A DNA stretch of 64,000 bases. Source: a bacterium (GTDB lineage Bacteria > Omnitrophota > Gorgyraeia > Zapsychrales > Zapsychraceae). This document shows positions 54,227-64,000 of this stretch, piece by piece. Made by a program: the position numbers and the translations under genes. The stretch covers positions 34,162 through 98,161 of the forward strand of contig JAUIER010000010.1 of NCBI GenBank assembly GCA_030429765.1, given 5' to 3'. Under the pieces are notes generated by a model that was not told the DNA's origin, made no database searches, and was given only the letters and a program-made list of their open reading frames with translations. The first letter of the stretch is position 1, and every line of letters starts with the position of its first letter.

Positions 54227-56017
54227 ATGAAATACCTCTGCGGATCCGGACGTCCGGAATTTTTGGGGCTGTTGGGTCTGTTGTTTGTCGGGCTGTTTTG
54301 GGGGCCAACTACCGTACAAGCGCAGCAACCGGATATTCACGAAAAACTGTTCGAGGAAACCGAATACCCCTCGGCGATTCTCTGCAAAACCTGCCATCCT
54401 GTTCACTACAAAGAATGGTCGGTCTCACCGCATTCTTATGCCGTCGTTAGTCCTGTCAATAATGCCATGCAGGCCAAAATTACCCAATTAACAAACGGTA
54501 CCAATGCCGATTTTTGTATTCGCTGTCATACACCGGTGGGTATGCATCTGAATGAACCGGTCTATATGTCAAGTCTCGATCGGCATCCGACATCGCGCGA
54601 AGGAATTACCTGTACGGTGTGTCACCGTCGGCCGATTGGGTACGGCAAGGTCAGCGGGCGACTGCCGGTCAAGAGTGGTGATATTTTCGATCCTGTGTAC
54701 GGACCGAATGACAACAAAGAGTTGCAGCGGGTCATCAACAGCGGTGAGTTTGACGTCAATGCCGAGCGCGGTCAGGAAGGACGAGCGATTCATCAAGATG
54801 CCTATCAAATGCCCCAGATCACCACGTCCGCGTTTTGCTCCAGTTGTCATGATGTGAATCATTTTATGGGATTTCGATTGGAGGAGGCATCCAGCGAGTA
54901 CAAGGCATCACCGGCGGCCAGGCGTGGCATTTCATGTCAGGATTGCCACATGGGTAAAGAGCCCGGTGTTCCGTCAGGCTATCATCTTGAACCTATCGCC
55001 GTCGTCGGGGGAAAGACTACTGAGCCCAAAAAACGGACCAATCACATGTTTGTTGGGCCGGATTATTCCGTGGTCCACCCGGGTATTTTTCCGCACAATC
55101 CTGAAGCGCAGAAGATTGCGTCTTTACGCAAATGGCTGAAGTTTCAATTTGGTGAAGGATGGGGGACGGATGATTTTGAGGACGCGCGTCCGGAAGACTA
55201 TGAGTTTCCGGCGGAGTGGGCCGACGAAGCCGATCGATTTGAAGCCCGGGCTATTCTCGACGAAAATATCGAGCTGCTCAAACACGCGGATGAGGAGCGT
55301 AAAAAATTGCTGCGGGCCGGTTATCATTTGGGTGACATCATTGTCGATAAAGCCGATGGTGAGGGTATCAAGTTTAAGGTTCAGGTTCGAAACGCAACGG
55401 ATGGTCACAATGTCCCGACGGGATTTGACGCCGAACGTCTGGTCTTTCTTCGGGTAACCGTAACGGACCGTGATGGACGAGTGGTCTTCAAATCCGGTGA
55501 TCTGGACCCGAATGGAGATGTTCGGGACAGTCATTCGGTTTATGTTCACAATGGGGATCTACCGGAAGATAAATTTTTGTATTCACTTCAATCCAAGTTT
55601 ATCACCCGAATGGCCAAGGGTGGTGAGCGGGAACAGGTCTTGGCGGTCAACTATTCGGTGTCGCCGTTACCATTTATCCGTCCGCCAAGCAATTCTACGT
55701 TAATGTTGGGGCGTCCATTTGGAGCGCGCAAACATCGGAAAACGATTCGACCGTTAGGGCATAATTGGGCGCCTTACAAAGTCAAGGCCAAAGAACTTCG
55801 CGGGTCACAGGGGCCGTATCAGGCAGACGTTAAATTGATCGCGGCCATGGTCCCGGTCAATCTGATTCACGCGATTCAGGATATGGGTTTTGACTATGGT
55901 ATGTCACCGCGGCAAGTCGCTGACGCGATCGTCGACGGGCATCAAGTGCTCTGGGAACGCAAGATTGAGCTGAAGCCCGGCCGCTTTGAATCTGAAATCC
56001 AGAGTGCGGGGTATTAA
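54227..56017 (+). CDS. Exported multiheme (5 x CxxCH) c-type cytochrome
   Basis: Signal peptide ending VQA; CKTCH, CIRCH, CTVCH, CSSCH, CQDCH; GH.VPTG...R.V.L.V C-terminal domain. Confidence 0.9.
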   Translation: MKYLCGSGRPEFLGLLGLLFVGLFWGPTTVQAQQPDIHEKLFEETEYPSAILCKTCHPVHYKEWSVSPHSYAVVSPVNNAMQAKITQLTNGTNADFCIRCHTPVGMHLNEPVYMSSLDRHPTSREGITCTVCHRRPIGYGKVSGRLPVKSGDIFDPVYGPNDNKELQRVINSGEFDVNAERGQEGRAIHQDAYQMPQITTSAFCSSCHDVNHFMGFRLEEASSEYKASPAARRGISCQDCHMGKEPGVPSGYHLEPIAVVGGKTTEPKKRTNHMFVGPDYSVVHPGIFPHNPEAQKIASLRKWLKFQFGEGWGTDDFEDARPEDYEFPAEWADEADRFEARAILDENIELLKHADEERKKLLRAGYHLGDIIVDKADGEGIKFKVQVRNATDGHNVPTGFDAERLVFLRVTVTDRDGRVVFKSGDLDPNGDVRDSHSVYVHNGDLPEDKFLYSLQSKFITRMAKGGEREQVLAVNYSVSPLPFIRPPSNSTLMLGRPFGARKHRKTIRPLGHNWAPYKVKAKELRGSQGPYQADVKLIAAMVPVNLIHAIQDMGFDYGMSPRQVADAIVDGHQVLWERKIELKPGRFESEIQSAGY

Positions 56018-56018
56018 A

Positions 56019-57443
56019 ATGAAGACGAAGATACTCATTCTCGGAGTCGTACTGATGGCGGGCGCTCCTGTTATCGCCGACGCCGCGAAGGGTGTTCAGG
56101 TCGATACAGACCGCAGTCGGTTGACAGATCGAGTTTTGGATTTGCAGTTGGATAAGGTTCCAGATCGACCCAAACCGATATTGGAATTAGGTGATCCATT
56201 TCTCGGGGTGGGCCCGATTCATCCAGGATACAAACTGCCGACGGGGATGGTGCTGCAACCTTCGCTGATTGTGTACGGAACATACCGGACGGCCTTGCAG
56301 GGGTTTTACAACGGGAGCGACCATGTCACGGAGTGGGCGAACCGATTTGATCTGTTTGGAAATCTGTACTTAACGCCTAATGAACGCATTTTGGCCGGTG
56401 TCCGCTTTCTCAATCAGAACGGACGCTTTACCGGTTATACCTTTAGGGCCCCGTCTTCTGTGCGGCCCGAAGGTCGGCGCGGCGTCGAAGATGAACTCAA
56501 TTTTGATATCACAACGTTATTCTTTGAAGGTGATTTCGATGAGATCTTTCCGTTTCTGGACCCGCGCGACAAATACAGTCTGGACTACTACTTGTCGATC
56601 GGACGGCAGCCGTTGCTTTTTCAGGAAGGGATGTTGATCAATGACAGTATCGACGCGGTAGGGATCTCCAAGCTCAATATGAAACCGCCGTTTATGGTGA
56701 ATATGCGCAGCGCCTTCATCTGGGGAGCGGACCAGATCAATCGTCAGAATTTAGCGTCCGACGACGAAAGCTCGCGTTTATACGGCCTGTTCAATGAGAT
56801 AGATTTCCGCGCGACGACGATGGAGTTGGACGTGGTTTACGTGGACGCCAATGATTCAATCGGTTCGGGGATTTATGCCGGCCTCGGATTGACGCAACGG
56901 CTGGGGCGACTCAACTCAACCGTCCGGGTGTTAGGATCGGCATCGATCGATCATGAAACGATGCATAACAGCGACGGGATGCTGTTTTACAACGCGCTTT
57001 CAGTGACACCGCATGCCACTAACGACCTCGTTTATCTCAACTCCTTTTATGCGATGGATCACTTCCGTTCGGCCTCGCGGGATCCATACAATCCGGGAAC
57101 CCTATCGCCGACGGGGATTTTATTTGAGGCGGTGGGACTCGGCCGTTTCAATTCCCCCTTGAGCAATGCCACCGATGATGCCTTCGGGATGGCCTTGGGA
57201 TATCAAATGTTTTCTTCGGACAAGCGCCGGCAGCTTATTCTCGAAATTGCCGGACGCTATGCCAATGATGAAGGTCAGCGGGCGATGGGGCCGGGCGCCC
57301 GGTTTCAGGCCGCCATCGGGCGCCGTACTGTTTTTCGCCTGGACGGGTATGCGGTATACGACGAAGGCCGTCAAATCAATCAGCCCGTCCCCGACGACGA
57401 TTTCACCTACGGCATGCGTGCCGAACTCCAGGTTAATTTTTAA
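56019..57443 (+). CDS. Outer-membrane beta-barrel (porin-like) protein
   Basis: Signal peptide; alternating beta-strand pattern, GRQPL.FQEG.LIND, C-terminal YGMRAELQVNF beta-signal; starts 1 nt after the cytochrome stop. Confidence 0.75.
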   Translation: MKTKILILGVVLMAGAPVIADAAKGVQVDTDRSRLTDRVLDLQLDKVPDRPKPILELGDPFLGVGPIHPGYKLPTGMVLQPSLIVYGTYRTALQGFYNGSDHVTEWANRFDLFGNLYLTPNERILAGVRFLNQNGRFTGYTFRAPSSVRPEGRRGVEDELNFDITTLFFEGDFDEIFPFLDPRDKYSLDYYLSIGRQPLLFQEGMLINDSIDAVGISKLNMKPPFMVNMRSAFIWGADQINRQNLASDDESSRLYGLFNEIDFRATTMELDVVYVDANDSIGSGIYAGLGLTQRLGRLNSTVRVLGSASIDHETMHNSDGMLFYNALSVTPHATNDLVYLNSFYAMDHFRSASRDPYNPGTLSPTGILFEAVGLGRFNSPLSNATDDAFGMALGYQMFSSDKRRQLILEIAGRYANDEGQRAMGPGARFQAAIGRRTVFRLDGYAVYDEGRQINQPVPDDDFTYGMRAELQVNF

Positions 57444-58980
57444 CTGAATTTCCCCACCCGTCACGATCCAAACTGCGATACTGAATCGCTTCGGCAATAT
57501 GCTCGGATTTGATCTGATCAGACTCGGCCAGATCGGCAATCGTCCGGGCCAGCTTGAGGATTTTGTCATGCGCCCGGGCTGAAATATTCAAATGGTCAAT
57601 CGCTGTGTTGAGCAATTTCTGTCCGTCATCGTCCAGCCGGCAGAATGAGCGGATCTGCGCCGTCCACATATGGGCGTTGGTGCGCGGAAAAGAGTCGTTG
57701 AAGCGTTCAGATTGAACAGCGCGGGCCGCCATCGTTCGGACGCGAATCGTGTGCGATGATTCACCGGGGTTCATATTAGTCATATCTTTGAGTGACAGCG
57801 ACGGAACTTCCAGGTGAATGTCGATTCGGTCCATCAGCGGACCGGAAATCTTGGAGAGATACTTTTGGATTTGTTGCGGTGAACAATGACAGACTTTGTG
57901 TGGATTGCTGTAGTGTCCGCACGGACACGGGTTCATCGCGCACAAGAGGATAAATTTCGATGGAAAGGTCAGGGTCTGAGACGCGCGCGCGATGGTGACC
58001 TGCTGATTTTCCAGTGGTTGACGCAGTGATTCCAGCGCCCGACGGTTGAACTCCGGAAGCTCATCCATAAACAGAACGCCGTTGTGGCTGAGCGTGATTT
58101 CGCCCGGTCGCGGATTCGATCCCCCGCCGACCAACGCAACGGCCGATGTGGTGTGATGCGGCTGACGGAAGGGCGGATGGTTGATGATCTGCTGCGAATG
58201 TTTGAGGAATCCCATGATGGAGTGGATTTTGGTGGTCTCGAGCATTTCGTCAAAATTCATCGGCGGCAGAATGCCCGGAAAGCGTTGGGCCAGCATGCTC
58301 TTGCCGCTGCCAGGCGGTCCGATCATCAGGACATTGTGTCCGCCGGCCGCGGCGATTTCCAGGCCTCGCTTGGCGTGGGATTGTCCTTTGACATCGGCAA
58401 AGTCCGGTTGTTGAATTGGAGGCGATTTTAGGCGCTCGGAGGTGACCGGACGGATCGAATCAATAGAGCGCTCGGCGCTGAGCAGCTCAACAGCTTGATT
58501 GAGACAGTCCACCGCGTAGCTCGTCGTATTCTGGCAGAGCGCCACCTCATGCCGGTTGTCGGCGGGGACCACCAGGCCCCGGAAGCGATCAACGTCGACC
58601 GTCAGGGCGATGGGCAGGCATCCATTGACCGGCTTGACGGTTCCATCCAATGACAGTTCGCCTAGCCAGGCGTACGCGTCCAGATTGTCCATCGGGATCT
58701 GCTCGCTGGCGGCCAGGATGCCCAGCGCGATGGCCAGGTCAAAGGCCGCGCCTTCCTTTTTGGTCCGGGCGGGAGACAGATTGATCGTGACCCGTTTGAC
58801 CGGATATTTGTACCCGCTATTGCGGATGGCTGAACGGACGCGTTCTTTGCTTTCTTTGATGACGTTATCGGGCAATCCGACAATATGGGTGAGGGGGAGG
58901 CCGTTCTGGATGTCGATCTCGATCGTGACGACATAGCTGTCCAGGCCGATCAGAGCATAGCTGAATGATTGGGCTAACAT
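57433..58980 (-). CDS. comM: YifB/ComM Mg-chelatase-like AAA+ ATPase
   Basis: IVGLPD..IKES.ERVRSA, TINLSPA..KKEG..FDL, GHN.LM.GPPGSGKSMLA, PGEI.L.H.GVLF.DE, NPCPCG, SGP..DRID, ARTIADL. Confidence 0.93.
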   Translation of the reverse strand: MLAQSFSYALIGLDSYVVTIEIDIQNGLPLTHIVGLPDNVIKESKERVRSAIRNSGYKYPVKRVTINLSPARTKKEGAAFDLAIALGILAASEQIPMDNLDAYAWLGELSLDGTVKPVNGCLPIALTVDVDRFRGLVVPADNRHEVALCQNTTSYAVDCLNQAVELLSAERSIDSIRPVTSERLKSPPIQQPDFADVKGQSHAKRGLEIAAAGGHNVLMIGPPGSGKSMLAQRFPGILPPMNFDEMLETTKIHSIMGFLKHSQQIINHPPFRQPHHTTSAVALVGGGSNPRPGEITLSHNGVLFMDELPEFNRRALESLRQPLENQQVTIARASQTLTFPSKFILLCAMNPCPCGHYSNPHKVCHCSPQQIQKYLSKISGPLMDRIDIHLEVPSLSLKDMTNMNPGESSHTIRVRTMAARAVQSERFNDSFPRTNAHMWTAQIRSFCRLDDDGQKLLNTAIDHLNISARAHDKILKLARTIADLAESDQIKSEHIAEAIQYRSLDRDGWGNSVKN

Positions 58981-59172
58981 GGTGTCCTTTTGAGCAAAGA
59001 GGAAAGTACGAGTAAACAGGGGAGTTAGGTTGTTATTGAGGAAAATCGAGTGTTTTGAGGGGTAAAAAGCTTGCTTTTTCCAAGCCCTAGAATATAATAT
59101 AAGCTAACATAAACAGCGCATGGCGTCAATGTCGCGTGTACGCTTATTTCGGCAGAAATAAGTCTTCATTTC

Positions 59173-59619
59173 ATGAATTCTGTTTTTCACAATCAAATTT
59201 TGATGGTTACAGTGACCTCGTGGTTTATCGCTCAGGCGATCAAGGTTTCGATCGGGGTGGTACGGGAACGGAGATTTAATTTCAAATGGCTGATCGGAAC
59301 CGGCGGAATGCCGTCCAGTCACGCGGCCGGTGCGACAGCCCTGGCCACGGCGTGTGCTTTGCATTCAGGATTTCAATCCTCGGAATTTGCCTTGTCGATG
59401 GTTTTTGCTTTGGTAACGATGTTTGACGCTCAGGGTGTCCGGCGTTCGGCCGGTCAACAGGCGGCAATCCTCAATCAGATTATGGATGACATGTACTGGA
59501 AGGGTAAGTTGGAGAGCGATAAGCTCATGGAATTGATCGGACACACTCCGATGCAGGTGATCGTCGGCGGTTTGCTGGGCATGATCCTGGCGTCAACGTT
59601 TTATCACACATGGTATTAA
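59173..59619 (+). CDS. Divergent PAP2 (DUF212) family protein
   Basis: AQ.IK, GGMPSSH, M.DA.GVRR.AG.QA.ILN, L.E.IGHTP.QV. Confidence 0.92.
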   Translation: MNSVFHNQILMVTVTSWFIAQAIKVSIGVVRERRFNFKWLIGTGGMPSSHAAGATALATACALHSGFQSSEFALSMVFALVTMFDAQGVRRSAGQQAAILNQIMDDMYWKGKLESDKLMELIGHTPMQVIVGGLLGMILASTFYHTWY

Positions 59620-59646
59620 TCCTTAACGGTTTTCAGGAGGCACAAA

Positions 59647-60483
59647 GTGTTTAATCGTCGAAATATTCTTATAGTCGTTGTAGTCGTCGCCGTCCTGTTC
59701 GGCTTTATCTTTATGATGCGTGGCGACAAGCCCAGTGGACAGATCGCAGTGAACACCGTGGACGCGGCGTCACCGGATGATGACGCACCGCGCGAACTGC
59801 ACAAGCAAGCAAACGCATTGCGCAAAGATAATGAGTTGTTAAAGGCACGCGAGATTCTACGGACGGTTTACAACGACTACCCGGACTATCAGAATATTGA
59901 AATGGTCCAGGCTGAGCTCGAAGAACTGAATATGCAGATCATTTTCTCTAACACGCAGTCAGAGAATTCGGTGATACATGAAGTCGTCAAGGGTGACACC
60001 TTGGGTGAGCTGGCCAAGAAATATGGTACAACCATTGAACTGATCAAGCGCAATAATAATCTGAGCAGCGATGTGATCCGCATCGGTCAGAAATTGCGGA
60101 TTTGGACCGGTCAATTTAATATTTTTGTTGATAAATCGCAGAACATCCTTATTTTGAAAGAACGCGATAATATCGTCAAGGTTTACAATGTCTCGACGGG
60201 GAAGAACAGCAGCACGCCGGAGGGGCAGTTTAAGGTGACCAATAAACTCACAGACCCGGTATGGTTCAATAAGGGAGTTGTAGTTCCGCCGGAGAGTCCC
60301 GCGAATGTGTTGGGAACGCGCTGGCTGGGCTTTGATATTCCAGGATACGGCATTCATGGAACCGTGGAACCGGACCGCATCGGTGAGCAGGTAACCGCCG
60401 GTTGTGTCCGCATGCGGAACGCCGAAGTCGAAGAACTTTTTAGTATCATTCCGGTGGGAACCACCGTTGAGATCGTCAACTAA
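59647..60483 (+). CDS. L,D-transpeptidase with LysM domain
   Basis: GTG start after AGGAGG; TM; LysM V.KGDTL..LAKKYGTT; YkuD YGIHGT...S/TAGCVRM. Confidence 0.92.
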   Translation: MFNRRNILIVVVVVAVLFGFIFMMRGDKPSGQIAVNTVDAASPDDDAPRELHKQANALRKDNELLKAREILRTVYNDYPDYQNIEMVQAELEELNMQIIFSNTQSENSVIHEVVKGDTLGELAKKYGTTIELIKRNNNLSSDVIRIGQKLRIWTGQFNIFVDKSQNILILKERDNIVKVYNVSTGKNSSTPEGQFKVTNKLTDPVWFNKGVVVPPESPANVLGTRWLGFDIPGYGIHGTVEPDRIGEQVTAGCVRMRNAEVEELFSIIPVGTTVEIVN

Positions 60484-60567
60484 TACACTAAGGGAATCAC
60501 AGGTCTGAGGGATAGCGTGTCCGCGGACAAATCAGCGGACATGACGTGAGGCTTGTGACTTTTTCAT

Positions 60568-61524
60568 ATGAGCATACTAGACTTTGAAAAGCCGATTTAT
60601 GAACTCGAAGCCAAAATCGATGAGCTGAAGAATTTTGGTGATGATAAAAAGATTTCCATCGAACCTGAAATCAAAAAGCTTCAGGAAAAGCTGGAAAAAA
60701 TGAAGAAACAGATCTATTCCAACCTGTCGATCTGGCAACGTGTTCAGATCGCCCGCCATCCCGACCGTCCTTACACACTGGATTATATTCGAATGATCGC
60801 CACCGACTTTGTGGAGATTCACGGAGACCGTCTGTATTTCGATGATCTGGCCTTGATTGCTGGATTTGCCAAAATTGGCGATCAGAAAGTCATCATCCTG
60901 GGGCATCAGAAGGGGCGGGACACCAATGAAAATGTGAAACGGAATTTTGGCTGCGCTCATCCGGAAGGCTATCGAAAGGCTATCCGGGTGATGGAGCTCG
61001 CCGAGAAATTCCGGCTGCCGATTGTCGCGCTGATCGATACTCCGGGGGCGTATCCGGGGATCGGCGCTGAAGAGCGCGGGCAGGCGCAGGCCATTGCCGA
61101 GAATCTCAAGGATATGTCACGTCTGTCCACACCGGTGATCGCCACAATTATCGGCGAAGGCGGAAGCGGCGGCGCGATTGGTATTGGGGTCGCTGATCGG
61201 GTGCTGATTTTACAGCATGCGTACTATTCGGTTATCTCACCGGAAGGTTGCGCGTCGATTTTATGGCGGAACGCCGGTAAGGCGCCGCAGGCAGCCGAGG
61301 CGCTTAAGATTACCGGTGAACATCTGCTCGAGTTCGGTGTGGTTGACGAAGTTATCAAAGAGCCGATGGGCGGAGCTCACCGTGATGCGGTATATGTCGC
61401 CAAAAATCTCAAAGCCACGATCCTCAAGCATATCAAAGATTTGTCGACGTTGTCGACGCAGCAGTTGCTCGACGCGCGTTACGATAAATACCGCAAAATC
61501 GGTCAGTTCCAGGTCAAAAAATAA
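60568..61524 (+). CDS. accA: Acetyl-CoA carboxylase carboxyltransferase alpha subunit
   Basis: LDFEKPI, ARHP.RP..LDYI, PEGYRKA.R, DTPGAYPG.GAEERGQ, GEGGSGGA, YSVISPEGCA. Confidence 0.97.
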   Translation: MSILDFEKPIYELEAKIDELKNFGDDKKISIEPEIKKLQEKLEKMKKQIYSNLSIWQRVQIARHPDRPYTLDYIRMIATDFVEIHGDRLYFDDLALIAGFAKIGDQKVIILGHQKGRDTNENVKRNFGCAHPEGYRKAIRVMELAEKFRLPIVALIDTPGAYPGIGAEERGQAQAIAENLKDMSRLSTPVIATIIGEGGSGGAIGIGVADRVLILQHAYYSVISPEGCASILWRNAGKAPQAAEALKITGEHLLEFGVVDEVIKEPMGGAHRDAVYVAKNLKATILKHIKDLSTLSTQQLLDARYDKYRKIGQFQVKK

Positions 61525-61528
61525 TCTG

Positions 61529-62566
61529 ATGACCGCGCCCGCCGACCGGGATATCCGGAACCTTTCCTTCGACGGATTGACCGAATACCTCACACAAATA
61601 GACGAAAAACCGTTCCGTGCTCAGCAGATTTTTGAATGGCTGTATCAAAAGCAAGTCACTGATTTTGACGGGATGAAAAATCTGTCCCGTGAATTGCGTC
61701 AGAAACTCGCCGAGCATTTCACCTTAAATCCACTCACTGTCGACAAGCATGAAGTTTCAAGTGACGGCACCGCCAAGTTTTTGTTTGAGCTTTCCGATAA
61801 AGAAAAGATCGAGACGGTGCTGATTCCCACACCGACCCGCACAACGGCGTGTATTTCGACGCAGGCAGGCTGTAAATTCGGTTGTCGGTTTTGCGCCAGC
61901 GGTATCGGCGGATGGAATCGGAATTTGACCTGCGCGGAAATCATCAGTCAGGTTCAGCACGTGCAGGCTGAGGCGCGAAATTTTGAACGTCCGTTATCGC
62001 ACATCGTCTTTATGGGGATCGGTGAGCCGATGGACAACTTTGAAAATCTGATGAAGGCGATCCGGCTGATCAACGACCATCGCGGGATCAATATCGGCGC
62101 CCGTCGGATTACCGTGTCGACCTGTGGTGTTGTTCCAAAGATTCTGGAATTAGGACAGCAAGGGATTCAGATCGAACTGGCAATCTCACTGCACGGATAC
62201 GACAATGAATCACGGAACGTCCTGATGCCGGTCAACAAACGCTATCCGTTTGATGATTTGATCGAGGCCTGTCGTAACTATCAGCAAAATTATCGACGGC
62301 AGATCACATTTGAGTATATTTTGATTAAGGATGTGACGTGTTCAGACGAAGCGATTCAGGCGCTGAAAAAGGCGTTCAAAGGATTGATCTGCAAGATGAA
62401 TTTAATTCCTTACAATCCGGTCAAGGAATTTGATCATCAAACCCCGTCGCGTACGGAAATGTTCCGTTTTCGGGGCCAGCTCCAAGATTTTGGTATCCAT
62501 GCCACCATCCGCACGCCCCGGGGCAAAGACATCAACAGCGCCTGCGGTCAGCTGCGGCATTCATAG
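61529..62566 (+). CDS. rlmN: Dual-specificity 23S rRNA m2A2503/tRNA methyltransferase (radical SAM)
   Basis: FRA.QI..W, CISTQAGCKFGCRFCASG, VFMG.GEP, ITVST.G, NLIPYN, G.DI..ACGQL. Confidence 0.96.
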   Translation: MTAPADRDIRNLSFDGLTEYLTQIDEKPFRAQQIFEWLYQKQVTDFDGMKNLSRELRQKLAEHFTLNPLTVDKHEVSSDGTAKFLFELSDKEKIETVLIPTPTRTTACISTQAGCKFGCRFCASGIGGWNRNLTCAEIISQVQHVQAEARNFERPLSHIVFMGIGEPMDNFENLMKAIRLINDHRGINIGARRITVSTCGVVPKILELGQQGIQIELAISLHGYDNESRNVLMPVNKRYPFDDLIEACRNYQQNYRRQITFEYILIKDVTCSDEAIQALKKAFKGLICKMNLIPYNPVKEFDHQTPSRTEMFRFRGQLQDFGIHATIRTPRGKDINSACGQLRHS

Positions 62567-62661
62567 AAAAAGGTCAATGCTGAATTTGTGATTATCTGGC
62601 ATCAGAGTTGAAATGAGTTGTTCCGTAGGCTTCTAATCCTCGAGATAGATCGGATCCGTAT

Positions 62662-63984
62662 ATGAAAATCACCAATCAAGTCGCGCTTTACTTTGCTGTG
62701 CTCTTTGCGTTGATTCTCGTGGGAATGTTACTGATTGTTAACCGGATGAACGTCATGGATTCGGCTCATCATCAGGTCATTGAAGAGTGGGAGGAGCTCA
62801 AGACGGTCACGATGGTCATTAATGAGATTGACCGGCTTGGCGTGATTCTGACAACCGAAGGAGAGGAGAGTTTTCTCAATCAATTTGACCGCTCGTTTTT
62901 TGAAACGATGGTCAGCGAATTGGATATGATTCGGGCGTCATCCCTGAACGCGACCAACTTCGAGAACGACGACCACGCGCTAACGGAACGAAAAGAATTT
63001 TTTCAGCTGCATGAGAAGTTCAGGAATTTTCTCGAAGATGTCCAGATTATGAAAGAAAGTCGGGGTCTTTATATAGAGGGTGAAGTGGTTAATCAAATGA
63101 TCCGAAAGCTGGATGAACTTCGGGTATCCAGTCTGACCCTTCAGGATTTTTATATCGACGAAATGAAAGAGGCCTCGGATAAGGCCAATTTGACGCATAG
63201 GCAGGTGGTCGAACGTTCACGTGTATTCATGTTTCTTTTTATGTGTGTCCTACTAGCATTGTTTATCTGGTTTATTTCATTGACCAACCGGAATTCCAAG
63301 ATGCTGAGTGATCAGCAGCGCAATACCACCATAGGATTGTTGGCCCAGAGCCTTTCACATGAAATTCGGAATCCTTTGGGGATTATCAAATCATCGACAT
63401 CGGTGATCCGTGATAAACTGCCGGCTGATTCCGAGGAATATGAGATTGCCGGCTACCTGGGTGAAGAGGCGGATCGGATCAGCAGTTTAATCGATCAGTT
63501 GCGACAGCTGCAAACCTCAGAGGAAGGAGAGATGTCTGAGGTTAATGTTGTACAATTGCTCGAGCAGATCCGAAAGCTGGTTGTCGGGGTCAGTCAAAGA
63601 AAGCAGATCGTTATTGATTTTAAGTCGACGACGTCCGACTTACAGATAAAATGTCATCGCAATCAGATCAAGCAAGTATTAATTAACGTAATTTTAAATG
63701 CCATTGACGCTTCGGATGTGAATGGTAAAGTACAGGTTAATGCGTCATTGACCGGACATATGGTTTGTATTATTGTTCATAATCATGGAGGCTCTCTACG
63801 AAAAAGTGATTGGCCGCGGGTCTTTGATCCATTCTTTACTACCAAAGAGAACGGGTCAGGATTGGGGTTATATGTCGCCAAAAGCATAATTGACGGACAC
63901 AAGGGGTCGATCAATTTGGAATCTGACGAGATTAATGGGACAAGGGTGACGATCAAATTAAAACACTCGGGGCCAAAAGTATGA
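62662..63984 (+). CDS. Membrane sensor histidine kinase (NtrB/ZraS-like)
   Basis: Two TMs; SHEIRNPL, QVLIN..LNA.DA, FDPFFTTK..GSGLGL; a downstream ATG overlaps the stop (ATGA at 63981). Confidence 0.92.
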   Translation: MKITNQVALYFAVLFALILVGMLLIVNRMNVMDSAHHQVIEEWEELKTVTMVINEIDRLGVILTTEGEESFLNQFDRSFFETMVSELDMIRASSLNATNFENDDHALTERKEFFQLHEKFRNFLEDVQIMKESRGLYIEGEVVNQMIRKLDELRVSSLTLQDFYIDEMKEASDKANLTHRQVVERSRVFMFLFMCVLLALFIWFISLTNRNSKMLSDQQRNTTIGLLAQSLSHEIRNPLGIIKSSTSVIRDKLPADSEEYEIAGYLGEEADRISSLIDQLRQLQTSEEGEMSEVNVVQLLEQIRKLVVGVSQRKQIVIDFKSTTSDLQIKCHRNQIKQVLINVILNAIDASDVNGKVQVNASLTGHMVCIIVHNHGGSLRKSDWPRVFDPFFTTKENGSGLGLYVAKSIIDGHKGSINLESDEINGTRVTIKLKHSGPKV

Positions 63985-64000
63985 CAACTGATGAAACACT

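Noticed and set aside
52538-58980. Competence locus (TfoX-C, ComM, plus HhH DUF4332 elsewhere)
   Set aside because: The genes are unlinked, on different strands and widespread outside competence; there are no pilus or comEC genes here.
61217-61528. Apparent N-terminal extension of RlmN (similar extensions on the TPR, TtcA, Nudix, CysS and DUF5329 ORFs)
   Set aside because: These overlap upstream genes or the riboswitch terminator; family homology begins at downstream starts.
1-64000. CRISPR arrays, tRNA/rRNA genes, IS elements, integrases, prophage or defence genes
   Set aside because: Intergenic gaps were read by eye and showed no spaced repeats, cloverleaf motifs or terminal inverted repeats, and no ORF carries such motifs. 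Short elements could have been missed without computation.

Overview
Gene-dense, almost entirely plus-strand bacterial chromosomal segment from a diderm organism. It encodes ExbB/ExbD, AsmA/TamB-like proteins, lipoproteins and an outer-membrane beta-barrel. The protein styles suggest a PVC-related lineage such as Omnitrophota, but that is inference only. About 65 CDS are supportable. Housekeeping genes include ileS, cysS, yidD, accA, rlmN, ttcA, cmoA/cmoB, cls, comM/yifB, msrA and sodN, alongside an OmpR-type two-component pair, a second histidine kinase, mechanosensitive channels and many envelope proteins. I saw no rRNA, tRNA, CRISPR array, transposase or integrase. The most striking features are: (1) a c-di-GMP-I (GEMM-I) riboswitch whose normally contiguous GAC|GCAAAG core is split by a 41-nt two-hairpin insertion, followed by an intrinsic terminator and a DUF5329-like exported protein; (2) an ExbB-ExbD-TPR-VWA operon in which the VWA protein carries a TonB/TolA-type SxxLH anchor; (3) a pentaheme cytochrome c plus beta-barrel pair; (4) an ATP-grasp plus M20 peptidase pair; (5) a signal-peptide-bearing Hsp20 next to HtrA. 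All family calls come from recognising motifs by eye; no database searches were run.
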